A stretch of DNA of 61,420 nt, counting the filler, from Sphacelaria rigidula (taxonomy: Eukaryota), in NCBI GenBank assembly GCA_964200075.2. It is 7 parts of 7 records of this genome, joined end to end, with 100 filler letters (N's around TTAATTAATTAA, not from the genome) between each part and the next. Parts side by side here need not be neighbours in the genome. Positions count along the whole stretch, not along the records: positions 1 to 8,689 come from CAXNAA020010371.1; positions 8,790 to 17,478 come from CAXNAA020010372.1; 5 more parts are not named here. The stretch is one strand, 5' to 3'. This document shows positions 1 to 13,876 of the stretch, piece after piece; positions within the stretch are counted from its first letter, which is position 1, and each line of letters opens with the position of its first letter. Position numbers and translations under genes: made by a program. The notes under the pieces were generated by a model. The model did not search any database. It worked only from the letters and a program-made list of their open reading frames with translations, and was not told where the DNA came from.

Positions 1-789
1 GTATCGCCACTTCCAGAGACAGTCACGGCTTTTACACTGCCTCATGGGTGTCTAACCGGGGGGAGGGAGGGTATGCTGCGTACCTCTTTTCGTCATCCAC
101 CGACACCAAGGCCTTCTCTCCACTGTGTTTCCGCCGTCTGCAGCTACTTGTGGAACTACGATGACATCCACACGTTATCCAGGGTTGAACTTTTGTTCTC
201 TTTGCCCTTGAAGGAAGGTGGGTACCTCCCCCACTACTTACACTGCAAAGGAGTTCGTGTGACGATTACCCGGAGGCTCGGCTAGTCCACCGTGTTCCGG
301 TCATGTGGGGTAGGCGCCTCGAGCGTTGGGAAAGCTTTACTCAAGGCGCCGTGGGGGTTGACCCCACTAAAACCCCTGTCAACTCGACGCAGTGCACGCG
401 CCGCTCTACTCTTACAAGTTTCGGCCCTGGCATTGGCACGTTGGACCCGTCACGTACATAGCTACCATCAATCCCGCTTTTGCTGTCACGACGATACGAA
501 TATACTACGGCAGCAGCTCAGAGTCATGCTACGATACTGTAGAGGGGGAAGATATTTTGGGCCGTTCCACTTCAAATCATCGTTGAAAACACCAATGGTT
601 GTTCGAGCGTGCTCGTTACCGAAATATAACATTAATTCATACTGCTTGACATCATTTTTACTCAAATACAGGCGAACCGCGACTGTGAAGTTGCTTGACA
701 CACCTATGGGTCTCTCTTTTCATGGAATCGAACCACCCCCCCCACCACTATTGAGGCATGACTCAGAACACGACGAGTTTAATGGTTAC

Positions 790-3700
790 CTCCAGCGTCA
801 TCGGCGGCCAAGCCTCGCTTCCCCACTTCTCCGATAATGGAACCACGAACGGTAGGTGAAACTCGTTACCCGCAACAGCGTCGTCACCGTAAGCAGTCAC
901 CCCTCCATTGTCTTCGTCGATAAGCCAGTTTGGATCTCGTGTGCCGTGCCGTACTCCCGTTCGACCGACCTTCGGATGATGCCGGTGCATCCATGCGTTC
1001 ATGTGTGTATTGAGAAAAACATACCCCCTGGGAAAGAGTTCTCGTATACGGCCGCTTCTCTCAGAGGCGATTGCCCCCTAAACTACCCATCTACTTGAAT
1101 GTTTGCTGCAGTCGTCTTACTTACCAAAAGAGAGACGCGCGGGACGTCGAGCAGACATTCACCACGCTTCCACAGCAGAATGTGCTTCCCAGAATGGACT
1201 GATTACTTACCCTTATTTTCCCAGATTACCCCCAAACCCGCCCCCTACCCCCATGTTTTCATTTTCAACACAAATTACACCAGACCGTCCCCTCATTCCT
1301 ATTCTCATATTCCGTTTATTGTAGAGCTCATCACCTCTTGGCCGTTCCACAGGACAACACAGAACGGATCGCTCACTCCGGAAAGATCCATGCCTCGTAG
1401 TCCTGCCCCTTGAGCGACTGTGACTGAAAGACCGGCCTTTCGAGATTCTTCTGATTTTTCCGCTAGCTCGCGTTCTAATCTCTGTTCCTCGAACAGCCTC
1501 CGAAGGCCGGCGTTTCGGAGCTCCTGGACTCTTGCTCGGGCACGGAGGCACCTTGGATTTGGATCCCAAAACGTTTGGTGGCGGGCGCAGGACGAGAGCC
1601 ATTCGCGATGTGCAGATTTTCGGTGTCTGGGCTGAGTTCTTGAAATTTGTACCGCCTGCACCCTCACATCGCGTGTGGTCGCCTGATATCAAACTGTATG
1701 TAAGTGGTTACACGAACTTCTGCGATGTTGATACGCGGGGGATGATGTGTAACGTTGGTGATTTCACCTCTATTTTTGCAACTTCCCAAATACCGAAACT
1801 GAATGTTTCGCCCATACAAGGAACCAAAGCCGGTTGGCTCTTCTCGATCAATCTGGCACTTGAACAGGCGAACGTCTTCGAACACGTTCAACGGGGAAGC
1901 GCTAAAACTCGCATCTCACCCTGATTTTCGACGCGTAGAATTAGTACATTCGGAGACATACCAGGTGGACAATCTATTTTGTTTTATTTTTCCTCCGACA
2001 ACGTTTTGATATCCACGTCTTCTTTCTCATCGATGTCTGAAGTTGACGGTTACAGAGTTGACTGGCGCCCACCTCCACGCTCGTTGAATGACGACAGCAG
2101 ACGCCACCCGAGCTTCTCCATCCCGCCGAACATGCTTAGCCCACTGCCGCCCCTTCCATCCGCGATAGCACGCCTGCACACGCGTGGCAGCATTCCGCCT
2201 CCAGTGACCAACCTCCCACTCCCACCACAGCCTAGCAGCTCGAAGTGCTTCCAGCGCCCTCCGCCACAGCCGCTGAATTTTTCTAGCCGTAGCGTGCTCC
2301 AGAGGTGCGTACGGACCCATATCGAAAACTTTGACGATAACGACATCGCCCTCCCCCTCACGCGGCAGCGATTTAGAATGGATGGATTCACTACGGTAAA
2401 CACCAGGGTCCCACCGTGTCTCCGGTGTTGCCGGCCATCTACATGCCGTTCCCTTGGCGGCGGCGGAATCGACTCGTTGTCCGGAAATTTCAAGAAGTCT
2501 TCCCCCTGGCGATGCGATAATACCTTGCAGCCCAGACATTTGCAGAGGAAGAGGCATATGTACTGGTGTGTTGGGCGATAGTGCAAAATGACCTTTTGTT
2601 TGATCGGAAGCTGCATGTTGTCGCCAACGGATAACTGCGCGTTTGGAGCCGTGGATATTCGGGTACCACGGTCTATGAGGCACCAGACTTCTTCGACGGT
2701 GGAGACTCCCCGCCCATGAATCTTCACATTCGTTGTCCCACGGCCACGTGAAATGGAGGTAAGGGAATCGTTCAGTTCGGCATGGATCTCTGTAGTCTCC
2801 AAGACCAGTAGTGGAGGCTGATGTGTTTGTTAATGTTGTCGAGGGTAATGGTGCTTTGAAAATTGCAGAATGGCTCTGGGTGGGCGGGCCCCGCACCGCC
2901 GCCGGTGACAACTGGAACAAGTGCGGAAGCCATGCTGGGGATACTTCTAGCTGAAGGTTGAGCTTTACATCCAGGCCTGTTGTTTGCAGGCAAAGTGAAG
3001 TGAATTCTCGGCACGGAAAGGCTTGTACGTCGTGTCCAGAGCCGCGTCCTGCTCGCCGCACGAACACATGTCAATATTGTAAGGCGAGAGGGCAGGGTCT
3101 ATTTACAACTGGATATTGCGTCAGCGGCCTGTCATACTCAACCCCAGTAAGATATACCTCATACAGCACACTGTTGGGCATCTGTACAGCGTGAGCGCAC
3201 CGCGTGCGTTTTGGATCTCATCCGAGTGTAAATAACCCTATGTGAGGGTTAGTGTCAGTGTTGGTTTCAGTGTTAGTGTTGGAGTCAGTGGTGCAGTCTA
3301 AAAAAACGTCGGTCTCGGGTGGTTTTGAACTCCGATGCGGTCTCAAAAGCACGCGGTCCAATCACGCATTACAGCATCGGCCCGGACGTAACTGTAGTAT
3401 TACAATACTTGCAGTGATGATGGCTACTACTAGTAGCAGTAGCAGCAGCGAAAGTAGTATAATAGGAAACAGCAGGGACAGCAGCAGCAGCAGCAGCAGC
3501 AGCAGCAATAGTACTGGTAGAGGTGATCGTTCTAGCAGCGTTAGTATTGATGTCCTCGCGGGCTCTACATGACGTCGGCGATGTGGCGACAGAGAAAATA
3601 AGGTCAAAGGTACGTGGCGCATATTATTCTCATGCTCTGCAAGGCCGGCGATTATAATTTCAGCTTGACGAGAAAGTACAAAAAGATCGGTTCCTGACCG

Positions 3701-6700
3701 ACGGTAAACTATTTTTGTACTTTCTTCAATACCTCTCACTGGAGACGATGATGCTGCCCTGAAACGCCCATATGACCCAGGTACGGCAGCAAGCTCCAGA
3801 GCCACCGGCAGCGACGGGTGCAGCACAGATCGACCTCCACACGCGTCGACAAAGTAATCCGTTCGGTAAACCGGAACACAAGACAGTCCGTCCCATCCTA
3901 CATCAACCGTACCTACTATTCCCGTGGTACGACTGCGTTCTTGCTCCTGGTCGTCGATATCTGTGACTCTTGTCACTTTATTGTTTTTGTTACCAAAGCC
4001 GGGCACCGCAACACGCAGAGATAGCCTAAGCCTTTCTCTGTTATTCTCAGGAAGAGGCAGAAGCAGATCCCTTTTGCCTGTTCCCTCCATTTCATTCAAG
4101 GGCATGCGCCACTCCGAAGGCTTCCCGATCCCGTCGTCATGACCATTCCACCGAACCCACACAGTGGCTACAGATGTTGAGCAATCAGACCGAGGACTTG
4201 GAGGGAATGATGCGCACGAGGCACGAACAGACAAGCCCGCGATGGCAAGTCGTAGACGGCACATTGAGCAGTCCGGTGGCGCCTGCTGGGGAGCCCGCAG
4301 AGAGTAGGGTGGCCGAACAGGGTGGAGGCGTTCCAGGCGTAGAGAAAAGGCAAGGCGTGTGGGTAGAACTTTCCATCCAACAAGCGTGTGGCGTTGGTCT
4401 CGGGGTGATGGAGCATACCACCCTCCATGATTTGTTTCGCCCGCTCTGCTTGGTACAGACGGTGAGTTAGGTTGTAGGAAGGATTTGTCTACCGTGCAGC
4501 CGGCTGTAGCTTTCTCATCATTACCATCATCGTCACTGTGCGCCACGCGCGATGGAATGATGAGATTCTTGGCGTCGGCTGGATTGTTCTGACGGGGTGC
4601 ATTGTTGGCACGTGTCTTTGATGACGGAGTCCTATGGCTAGTCCGTGGTGGCACCTCTGCCGATGATGGTGCTGTTGGTGTTGACCCTACCCGTGTATAT
4701 GACGGGGTGCTGCTATACACAGGGATGCAAAGGGCACATTCGACGTGCTTGTATCGATCCTTTCCACTCGACGACGGCGTTACTTCCGCTGGGCACGTGG
4801 CGAAGTCGTATGAGTGCTTCTTCAGAGATTTCAGCACCTGTAGAGAAAACGCACATGTGTGTGTGCGTGCACGAGGGGGTGGCGGTAGTGGTATGAGAAG
4901 TTACTAATCCTTCACCCTCCTCGTCTGCGGGGGCATCGACTGCGCAATCGCAAGTAGACCAAGCATGGGAGAAGATAAGAACCCGTACAGGTGATGATGG
5001 ATGTGAGAGCGATTTTGAAATAGCGATTTTGGAATAGAGTATCGCTTCCTCCAATATGAGGTGCTATTATCGTTTCACCATCGTGAATATTCGTCAGCAC
5101 GCGAGTCGTTGGTCATCTCCACATCTCAGGTCGGAAAGCCGATAGATTACTCCATGGAGTTTCGCCCACGCCGTGACGAAAGCGAAACGACAGGTGGTAC
5201 TGCCGTACCCAAACCGGCAGGCAAGTACAATGTAGCACGAGTCTGTCTCATCGATGGAACCCGGCAACAAAAAATGATGCCTTCAAGTTTGTCTCACCTT
5301 CCAGTCGACCATGACTGATCCCAACACCGTTTCGCTGCCGTGCCGTTGTTCATCATATTTTGCGCTGGCAAGCACGGAGCTCCCGTCACTGCCGTTGCTC
5401 TCGTCACCGGTGCCATCTAAGCTGTGATGATCGTCGGCGTCACTTCGAACGCTGCTGCTGATTTTTGATTGGCTACTGTGGTCGCTTCCGCTGTCGTCGC
5501 TTCGGCTATCATCGCTACTGTTGCTGTTGCAATTGCTACTGCTACCCTCACTAACGCTTCGCGTGCGTGAAATACGACTCTTGGATTTCTCGACGTGCAC
5601 TGCGGCGACCAACTCTAGTCGGAGATTGCAAGAGCTCCACGACACACCTCGAGGCAATGCCAAAAGACACTCTCCAGGTGTAAGCGGTAGACCTGTGCGG
5701 CGGCATAGTTCGAATGAAGCGACTGACTTGCCAAACCACGTCACCTTACAAGTCAGCTTCGTTTTCACACTTGTCGGCGATTGAAGCGTGGGGTTCGACT
5801 GAACGTCGCTTGCATCGGCAGTGCTCGACGCCAGTTCGTCCCTGTTGTTTCCAACTTCCACATCATGTTCTCCCATATCATGCTCCCCCAAAGTCCTCCT
5901 CCCGTCTTCTCTTCGATCCCTGAACGTTGACGTAGGATCAGTACCTGGTGTACTAATGACTTCCTCAGATTCTTTATGAAATTTGCTCACTATTTCAAGA
6001 CAATTGGCCAGCGATATCCACTGTACCCAGAGCCTCAGTCGCCGGGTAATCGTGTTTGTTCTAGATCGCCTCAACTCCCACGGATCTTCATCGCCGACCA
6101 CACCACAGCGGGCAATTTCACGCTTTACATGGCTGTCCGTCTTGAGGAGATTGGCATCGTCCCCACCCCTGCCAATCCGCAATGCTATTGCACCGACACT
6201 TCCAGGTATATCTTCTCCATTCACCCACTTTGCGTAGTACCCACTCCAATCCAATGTCCGCGACTGGGCTTGCGCCGAAACTGATCGCTTAGGTCCGTAC
6301 CCACTAGTTTTTGCCGTACGCTTGAGACGGTCAGTGATTGTCCCCTTCCTGTCTTCCGGTGTTGTATTTGCTTCTCTCGGTAATGCACCGTTTTCGGCAG
6401 GGAACAGTGGGTATGCTGCGCTGTACTCCGGATAGGGTTCGTTCAGGAACGGCCCCGACAATCGGGTTCTGGTGTGATTGGTACGGTAGAAATGGCAGGC
6501 GAACGCACAAGGAAGTCTTGATACAGAGATTTTCGCGTAGCCCGCGCGGCAAAAGGCTGTACCAGAAATATTACAGAAAAATGAAAACACACTTTTGGCT
6601 GTTGCATGACAACGATTTCAGAGCTGGCATGGTTAACTACGAGTACTATCAAACATCAAACACACAGTGCCTACACGTGATTGTGCATAAACTGCAAATG

Positions 6701-8113
6701 GTTTGATTGTCATCTGCTTGCATTATGGATCACGTGTGCTGTATATTTCTGCAGCTCCATAATGTTCGTGCCGTCCGCCCGCTAATGTCTCCCACTTTAA
6801 AGCCGATACCCACGTAAATAAAGTTTGGATTGAGGTCCCCAAGTCATTCGCGGGAAAGTTTTGGGTTCTACCTAGTAGCTGGTTTTTAGAGAGGCGGGTA
6901 GTATGAACTTTGGAAAAACAAATGGGTGCAGTACCCGCAACGTATCCCGGCAAAACTAGAATTAACGGTAACATACTCTCTCTACTCTGAAGAAGGCTTG
7001 ATTCCGTCCCACGGAGAATTCCGCAGCACGTTGACAATTTTCGGACTTTTGAGAGGGAGCGTTGCAAGCTCGATAACTGAACTACCAATCCCACCCGTGG
7101 ATGGGTTTCGAATCCCAGAGACCGGTGTTCATGGTCCCGAAGACGTGAATTTTTCGTACCTTCCCATCAAGGAACAGCGAGTCAGGGCCATTGTGTTCTC
7201 CGTCAACCCCAGTGAATGTGCCGAAATGTCGACACAGTACACCTCCAGTTCAATCATTGGGACGCCTTGCTCCGGATCCGCGTCGGGGTCCTCCATCGAT
7301 GACAATGCAAAGGTCTGACGACGGCGTTACGGAAAGAGAAGAGGAGAACGATCGTGAGGCTGAGGATAGTTCACAGAAAGCATGGCATTCGCGGATCGAT
7401 CGGTTTCCGTCGCGACAGAATCCGAAGCCGAATGCAACGCACTGTTCAGTCAGTTGCCAACAACGAGTGTTGTCTATCCGAACTGATTCCCATCAAGCGC
7501 GCGTATAAATCTTTTCTTCTACAGTTTTTAGTCACGATGAGGTATATCAAATGTGGTGTAGCGTAAAGGCGGGAACAATGAACTGTCCATCGTGGCTACT
7601 CCCCAAGTTTGGTTGGGCAGTCACGACATGGTATCACACCCGGGACAGTAGATCGCATTGTCGAGAAATGTGCTGGCGCACGGTATGTAATGCACTGTCT
7701 ATTGCAATAGGGTTAGGGTTAGGGTTAGGACGCAATGACCGATTCTGTACGCTAGTAAATGTTTTGATATTGCAATCTTTTGTCCAGGGTGTGCAACGTA
7801 TTCACTTCACGCTCTACGGAAAAGTGCAGAAAGTAGATGGCCGTTACAAAAATACGCTGTCAAAGCCCTACAAAATAACCTCGTGCACCTGGTGTTGCCA
7901 GGTGGGCGCATTCAGATCGCTGCAGCAGGGTGTGCGACCAACCTCGACGCCCTTCCATTGGACTACGGCAAAGCACGTCGGAGAGACGTAGTGTCTGGGA
8001 GGTGTGTATCGTGACTGATGCGTGCTAGTTTGCATCGCGCCCAAAACTTGCACGACAAGACACGTGGAACCGCGATGTGCCCCGAGGGCCCAAGGCAGTC
8101 TCATTTTTTTCAC
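790..8113 (-). CDS. Multi-exon gene for a large multi-C2-domain protein with IQ calmodulin-binding motifs; incomplete at both ends. Exons: 7889-8113, 7160-7314, 5298-6468, 3733-4837, 2073-2976, possibly 1768-1852, 1335-1682, 790-969
   Basis: GT-AG bounded, phase-compatible exons rebuild C2 domains across junctions: 'FAVVQWKGVEVGRTPCCSDLNAPTWQHQ|TFALS...IELEVY...LMGR|TRLSG' and 'LSVTVAQGAGLRGMDLSGVSDPFCVVLWNGQE|VGRTGVRHGTRDPNW'. IQ motifs ARKIQRLWRR, ATRVQACYRGWKGR and AVVIQRAWR lie at ~2073-2300. The 1768-1852 exon and the 3733 donor are inferred only from phase fit. Confidence 0.85.
3479..3507. repeat. (AGC)n microsatellite, probably intronic
   Basis: Direct AGC run inside a degenerate AGC/AGT tract (3430-3510). 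Confidence 0.9.
7708..7729 (+). repeat. Interstitial (TTAGGG)n telomere-like tract
   Basis: tagggttagggttagggttagg. Degenerate versions occur at ~28188-28201 and ~52017-52051. Confidence 0.75.
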
Positions 8114-8689
8114 CTGAGGGTTGCGTCAACGGAGTGAATAAAGGAATATGTGCGCGTTTCTCTTTGTGGGGGGCGATCTGTGCTCGCTCTCGCGATCGAT
8201 GATGAGTCTCCGCTAAGCAGAAACTGGCGTTGGTAACAGTAACATAGCCTTGCAGTTTACCCTCACAAAGCCCAGGGCTTTTTGGTTTGAGTGGGTATTC
8301 GCACCTGAATATGAGGGGGGGGTAAATATCGGAAAATGCAACTTACATCACCGTGAACATGGGAGGGGCAGGTTTGCTCAACTTGAAGACAGCACGTGAG
8401 GAAAGCTCCACGGCGCATCTTCGTCACTAAACGTGGTCAGGGACGTTTCGCCGGAACAGCACAGAGCCATGCTACGATAGGGGAGGGGGGGAGGGGGGGG
8501 GGTTGGTTCCACGAAAAATGCGCTCATAAATGCTTCAGACGACCTAACACACTCGTGGTGCGCTTGTATTCGGGTAAAGGCGGTGTCGAGCAGTATGAAT
8601 GAGCGTTATTTATCGGAAGCAAGCGCGTTTGAACAACCGTTTCTGCTACTAGCGGCGATTTCAAACAAAATTTCGTGGAAGAAAACAGC

Positions 8690-8789
8690 NNNNNNNNNNN
8701 NNNNNNNNNNNNNNNNNNNNNNNNNNNNNNNNNTTAATTAATTAANNNNNNNNNNNNNNNNNNNNNNNNNNNNNNNNNNNNNNNNNNNN
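8690..8789. other. Artificial contig linker N44-TTAATTAATTAA-N44; also at 17479-17578, 26268-26367, 35057-35156, 43845-43944 and 52633-52732
   Basis: Six identical 100-nt spacers with a core that stops all six frames; the segments between them are all 8688-8689 bp. Confidence 0.97.
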
Positions 8790-10527
8790 GTCTTTCGTGC
8801 AAGACAGATATGCCACTTCAGCCCCATATTTTGTATGGACCCCAAAATATAAAATCGGCTGTTACTGGACGAGACAAGGTGGATCACCATTTGTGCTCGC
8901 ACTGTTTAAAAGGTGACTTGCTCACAACTGTAAGCTGCAGAGCTCAATTACTGGCCGCATATCGCTTGGCTCAGGTCCATCGTGCCTTTTCATTTCGGTA
9001 CTGTACACAGTACGATGGTGATGGGACACTGTGCCGAACAGAATGCAATACTACGGCAATCCGTTCTGCCGTATGTTCCACACTATGGATTGTCCAGATG
9101 CATGTTAGTACTAGCAAGCGAAGTGTGCTATGGACATACAGTACGGAGGTGTGGATAGAGATGCGAGACAGACACGATGATGCCATTCGATGCCATGATC
9201 TCTGCCTTTACTCTGTGGTATCATGTGGTTGGGGTGAAGATTAGGCCTGTACGTAAAATAACGAGTTGTGACGGTCCAGACCACGCGGTGCATCTGCACA
9301 CTTGGACTTGTGTAGGAACTGGTCCCTCCTCATCAAGTGAACATTTTGACCTCTGAATCTGTGGAAAACCAGTGAGCGCTCGCCGGGTTTTGGAACTATT
9401 TGTTTCATGAACAGTTTTTCGGTGTGTTTCATCATCTCACGTTGTGACTCACCGTGGCCCCGCGCATGGTGGAGTACCTCATTTGCCGCTTGTTGATCCC
9501 CCACTTCCTTGTGACACAAGAGCCCTTACTGGAGTAGCCATGAGAAACAGGGTGTTCATAAACAACGGGCACATTTCCTGGTTTTCCACTAGATGCCCGC
9601 ACATGTGATCATCGTTGGTGCCGGATAATACCCAGAGTTCTCACCCTGAGCCCTGCGCTTCGATGTTGGATGTCTCGAAATGTGTGGAGTACAGATTCTT
9701 TGGAACCGAGCCCATAGCTTCATCGGAAAATGAACTGGGTCGAATTTTGAAATATTTTTCGACATGTGTGAAGGCCCAATATGTATATGGAACCAAGTGG
9801 CGACAACTGAACGCACACCTAACGATATTTAACTCCAGAACCGTTGTGCGACCTGCGCATGGGAACGCACGCCTCGGTTAAAGTACGGGACCCTGTCATT
9901 CGTAGTGCCATGGCTTGGTTGATACCTCACGATGCGATTGGTTTTTGGAATACGTTAATGTGCACAACCCATGAAATCGCGTGGAGGAGGGAAGTATGGC
10001 ACGACTGTGCCGCGACGCGGTAGAGTTGATGGCGCAGCTGTGTGAGCCGTAGGGTGGTTGGTTAGCGACCTCGCTATCCGTTCAGGAGAACATCGTCAGA
10101 GCATCTACTGCAGGCGACATATCAGCACCACACCGAACGGCAGAGTAAACAACTATAACATGCAAAGCCATCGAGCACGTATCGTGGTCTTTCAAGCGCT
10201 GTGTGTCGATAGTGGCGGCTATCCGGAAGAGAGGTTGAGTGCGATCACCGTTCACAGGCATGCGGGTAGGTTGCAGCAGCAGAATATGAATGACTTTTGA
10301 AGTGAAGAACGAAACCGTCTGAACAGTCTGAACCGTACGGGGTCGTAAAGCGTGCTGGGTCTACATGTCGTGGTTGTGCGTGTATCTGGACACCATCATA
10401 CCACTACATCTCCCGACTGCAGACAGCAAGCAAGCTGCAAGAGGAGCTCTCCGGTGTCTCTCGCTTTGTTTGACAGCAATGCATTGCCGCCAATGACCCA
10501 ATTCGCTTCCGGAAACTGACAAGGATC

Positions 10528-10651
10528 CTTCCTGCACGGGTAGGCACTGGGGTGCCTGTAACCTCACATTTGGACGTTACAGACCTTGTGCAACGTCTGT
10601 AACGTCCGAATTGAAGGTTGCAGGCACCCGAGTGACCACCCGTGTGGGAAG
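10528..10651 (+). ncRNA. Candidate pre-miRNA-like long hairpin
   Basis: 57-bp stem (10528-10584 paired with 10595-10651) and a 10-nt loop; 4 G-U pairs and 6 mismatches on the + strand. No expression evidence. Confidence 0.4.
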
Positions 10652-12364
10652 ATGAAAAACGACAACAAAGCTATCCGCGTTGATACATAAGAGGGCAATA
10701 TCATGCCGCAGGTGGTTGCTCGTGGTAACAGACTGTATACTTGTGAGCAAGAACGCGAATGGTATTCAAGCTACCCGCCAAACAGTTGCTTCATCTACGT
10801 AGTTATCGGGCCTTCAACAAGAAATGATCGGTGTTTATTCGTAAGCGTATATATGTCGCTGCTGCATTCCACGAGAATAGAGGGTGTTTCAGGCCGTCAG
10901 GTCACCTCGAGCAATCGCTGCTGTTGTATGGTGATCGTTGATTACAGAGATCCACAGTAGTGTAGTTCCCGGTCGATCACGCCCTTACGCGGCCGACTGC
11001 TCGTCCGTTTCACGCAGAGGTCACACGCAAGACACGTACAACAAGGTTTCCCTAGGAGATTCAACATGCTAAGCAAGTGCTTCATCTCGGCGAAAATCGG
11101 CGCTCAACCACAAAACAGGGACCGCTTGGTAGATATTTCCCCCATCCCGCCCCTGATTGATGAAACTCCCATAAATGATCACGCGACGACGTTGTGATCC
11201 ATTTTTGCCGCATCGCCTGCAATACATGCTGATACAGCTAGCTCTAGACTTCGAACAACGCGAAGTCTACAGCGAGGCGTGACGTGTGCAACGATAGCTA
11301 CTTCAATGCTAAAACACGACGTGTCCCATCAGTACTCGCACAGACAAACGACCCGAAAAAGTAGGACGTGATGATACTGATCGCACAACACTTGCCCCGT
11401 CTTCAGAGAAACTTTTCACACCGACGTAGTCACATCGTGCAGCGGTGAACCCACTCTAAATTGGTTTCCATATTGGGGCTACGGGTCGTTGCTGAGCTTT
11501 CGTATGCCGAGGGATATGCCCCTACATGATCTGCGCCAAATCATAGCTGCTCTTGAGGAATGCTCAGATTTGTTGACCTTCGTGATGCAGGAAATATCTG
11601 ATGGTATACAAGACCCAGTTCAAAGCAACGAACTCATTTCAACGCAGAGGCTACATGGTGAGCCCGCAGCCAATGTTTGTAAATAACCAAGCGCCGATTT
11701 TTGTTCTTTGTTGCATTTTGAACAAGGCTGAGCTCTAATATCGATGACCACATCTCAAACGAGCGCAAAGGAATCAGCAATAGTTTTGGACACCTTCAAA
11801 TGCCGTCCATGCGAAAGTCCAGGTCCCCCCTCGGAGCGTTTTTCGCCATCATTTTTGTGCTGTGTATTGCGGTGTATGGGACGGAACCGCGACTCGGCAC
11901 AAATATGCAAAGTCCAGCACCGCAGCGTACTAAGGTATCGCAAAATCATAGATCAAATACCGTGAAATGTTGTACGGCGATTCCCTGATACCGTGCCGCG
12001 CATATCGTGCATCACCCGTACCGTGCCGTACGTGCCGTGAACGGTGAATACCGTACTCCAAATATGAACCCCGCATGGATCCGCACATGTGTCGTGGAGT
12101 GCGGCTCAGAGATACGCATGGCGTCCTCACGATGTTTCGGACTGGGTTGGGAATGTCCCCCGTATATTTTTTGTTTCTTCACTCTTTTCGCCTTCAACAG
12201 TGAAACACCCCTGTAGCAAAATTTGACAATAAAGATACAACATGCATGCTCAGACGCGCGGTCGAGAGAGTCGATCCAGTCCTTCGGTAGATACACTATT
12301 AGTCGATGATTTCATGCTCCGGCTGCAATACACAACATGTTTGCGTAGCACCAGGTCGTTAGCA

Positions 12365-12758
12365 TTTTCTCAGATCCTGGGTGATTCTCTAGTTCCTACG
12401 GTTGGAGTGGACGACGGACTGTACAGCTCATGCTGCCGTAATATAGGTTGAACCCCTTACTGGTAGCAACAATGTACTGTGTCCATTTCGTCGATCCAAC
12501 GGCATCCGAGAAAAATGAAGCCTTTTTTTCAGAGCCGGCCAATTGATGAAATCGGCGCCTTCTTTTACGTGGCCCACCGTGGACACCTGATGACACTCTG
12601 TAGCTCTGCAACTGAATGGCATTGAAAACGTGAATACAGCCGATCGTTCCAGCGAGAAAGTGAATAAAATCATTGTTCAGGGTGCGTTGGCTTAACCGTT
12701 CATTGTTCAGGCCAAGCCTGTAGGAAACCAGGATGTATGTTCCAGAATTTGAGAAAAC
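12365..12758. mobile_element. Old palindromic MITE, family A, copy 1
   Basis: Ends ttttctcagatcctgg...ccagaatttgagaaaa are imperfect inverted repeats; homologous to 13877-14270 in the opposite orientation. Confidence 0.65.
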
Positions 12759-13017
12759 GTTGGGGTGGGGTTCACAAAAACATGCTCAGAACATTCGATT
12801 GTGTTTAGGCCAAAAGCTAAAAACAGAACTTGGCCTCTCAGATATCGGAAACGAGGTTGCCATCATGTAGACCGATACTCAAGGTAGATGAGAGAACCAT
12901 CTGGGCTTTCGAATAGGCACCAGAAGGCGCTGAAATCACACTTCAAAACGCCGCGATGTTGTGCGGGCTTACTCTTTTTCATGTCGAACAAGAAGGCCGG
13001 AGAAGAGGACGTTAAAA

Positions 13018-13434
13018 AGCCTGGATCCGTTTTTGAGGTTCAACGTTCTCGTGAGGTTCAACTCGAAAACAGTGCCTTCCCTGACGCAAAGTCATGACCG
13101 ATGAAATTCATATGAACGACATCATGCCCCCCGACCTCCTCAAAACTATTTTTGGGGGTTGCCCGTCTTCCAAGGCCCCAAAGCGTATACGCGAAAGCAC
13201 TATTTTTGGGCTAAAAGTATCCCCTTTTTCGCCCCGATATCGAGGCAAAAAGGTGCTTTCGCACATACGCTTTGGGGACACGGAAGATGGGCAGCCCCCA
13301 AAACAGTTTGAAGGAGGTCGGGGGGCATGAAGTCGTCCATATGAAATTCATTGATCATGACTTTAGGTCAGGGAAAGCATTGTTTTCGAGTTGAACCTCA
13401 CCCGAATGTTGAACCTCAAAAACGGATCCAGGCT
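13018..13434. mobile_element. Foldback MITE, family B, complete copy
   Basis: Almost the whole element is an inverted repeat: agcctggatccgtttttgaggttcaac...gttgaacctcaaaaacggatccaggct. Related copies lie in three other contigs. Confidence 0.85.
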
Positions 13435-13876
13435 GTTGCTACTTCTTTCTTGTCGCATTGAGATTGCGAGCAACGTCTAAGTATACTGCCGACATAGCAC
13501 TCGTTCAGAATTCGAGAACGACTAAGCCGCTCTGGTCATGGCTACCTCTAGGGCGAGGTTATCCGTAGCTACCGATTGGTAAGTCGGCGATTTTTGGCTT
13601 CGACTGCGTCACGGGTTGTGCACGCAAACGATACCCATACCACTTACTAAACACCCACACGCCGACTAGAGTATTACTACAGGGCGTGATATTTGATGTT
13701 CGGTGGGGTAATGGGAGAAGATTCATTGATATCATTTTCAGTCTTCAGCATCGGGACATACGCAGCCTTCAGGCGTTGTAGATCGTGCTTGCCACTTATT
13801 TGTGTGGGTGAGGCATTCGATACTTGTTCACTTTGTGTGTTTAATAGCAGATTCGTGTAAATCACATTGTAACCTC

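Noticed and set aside
3362-3560. Poly-Leu transmembrane tail of the 491-aa ORF
   Set aside because: Comes from the (AGC)n microsatellite; a phase-compatible donor at 3733 would remove it.
8734-8745. TTAATTAATTAA as a biological motif
   Set aside because: Core of the synthetic linker, repeated identically inside the six 100-nt N gaps.
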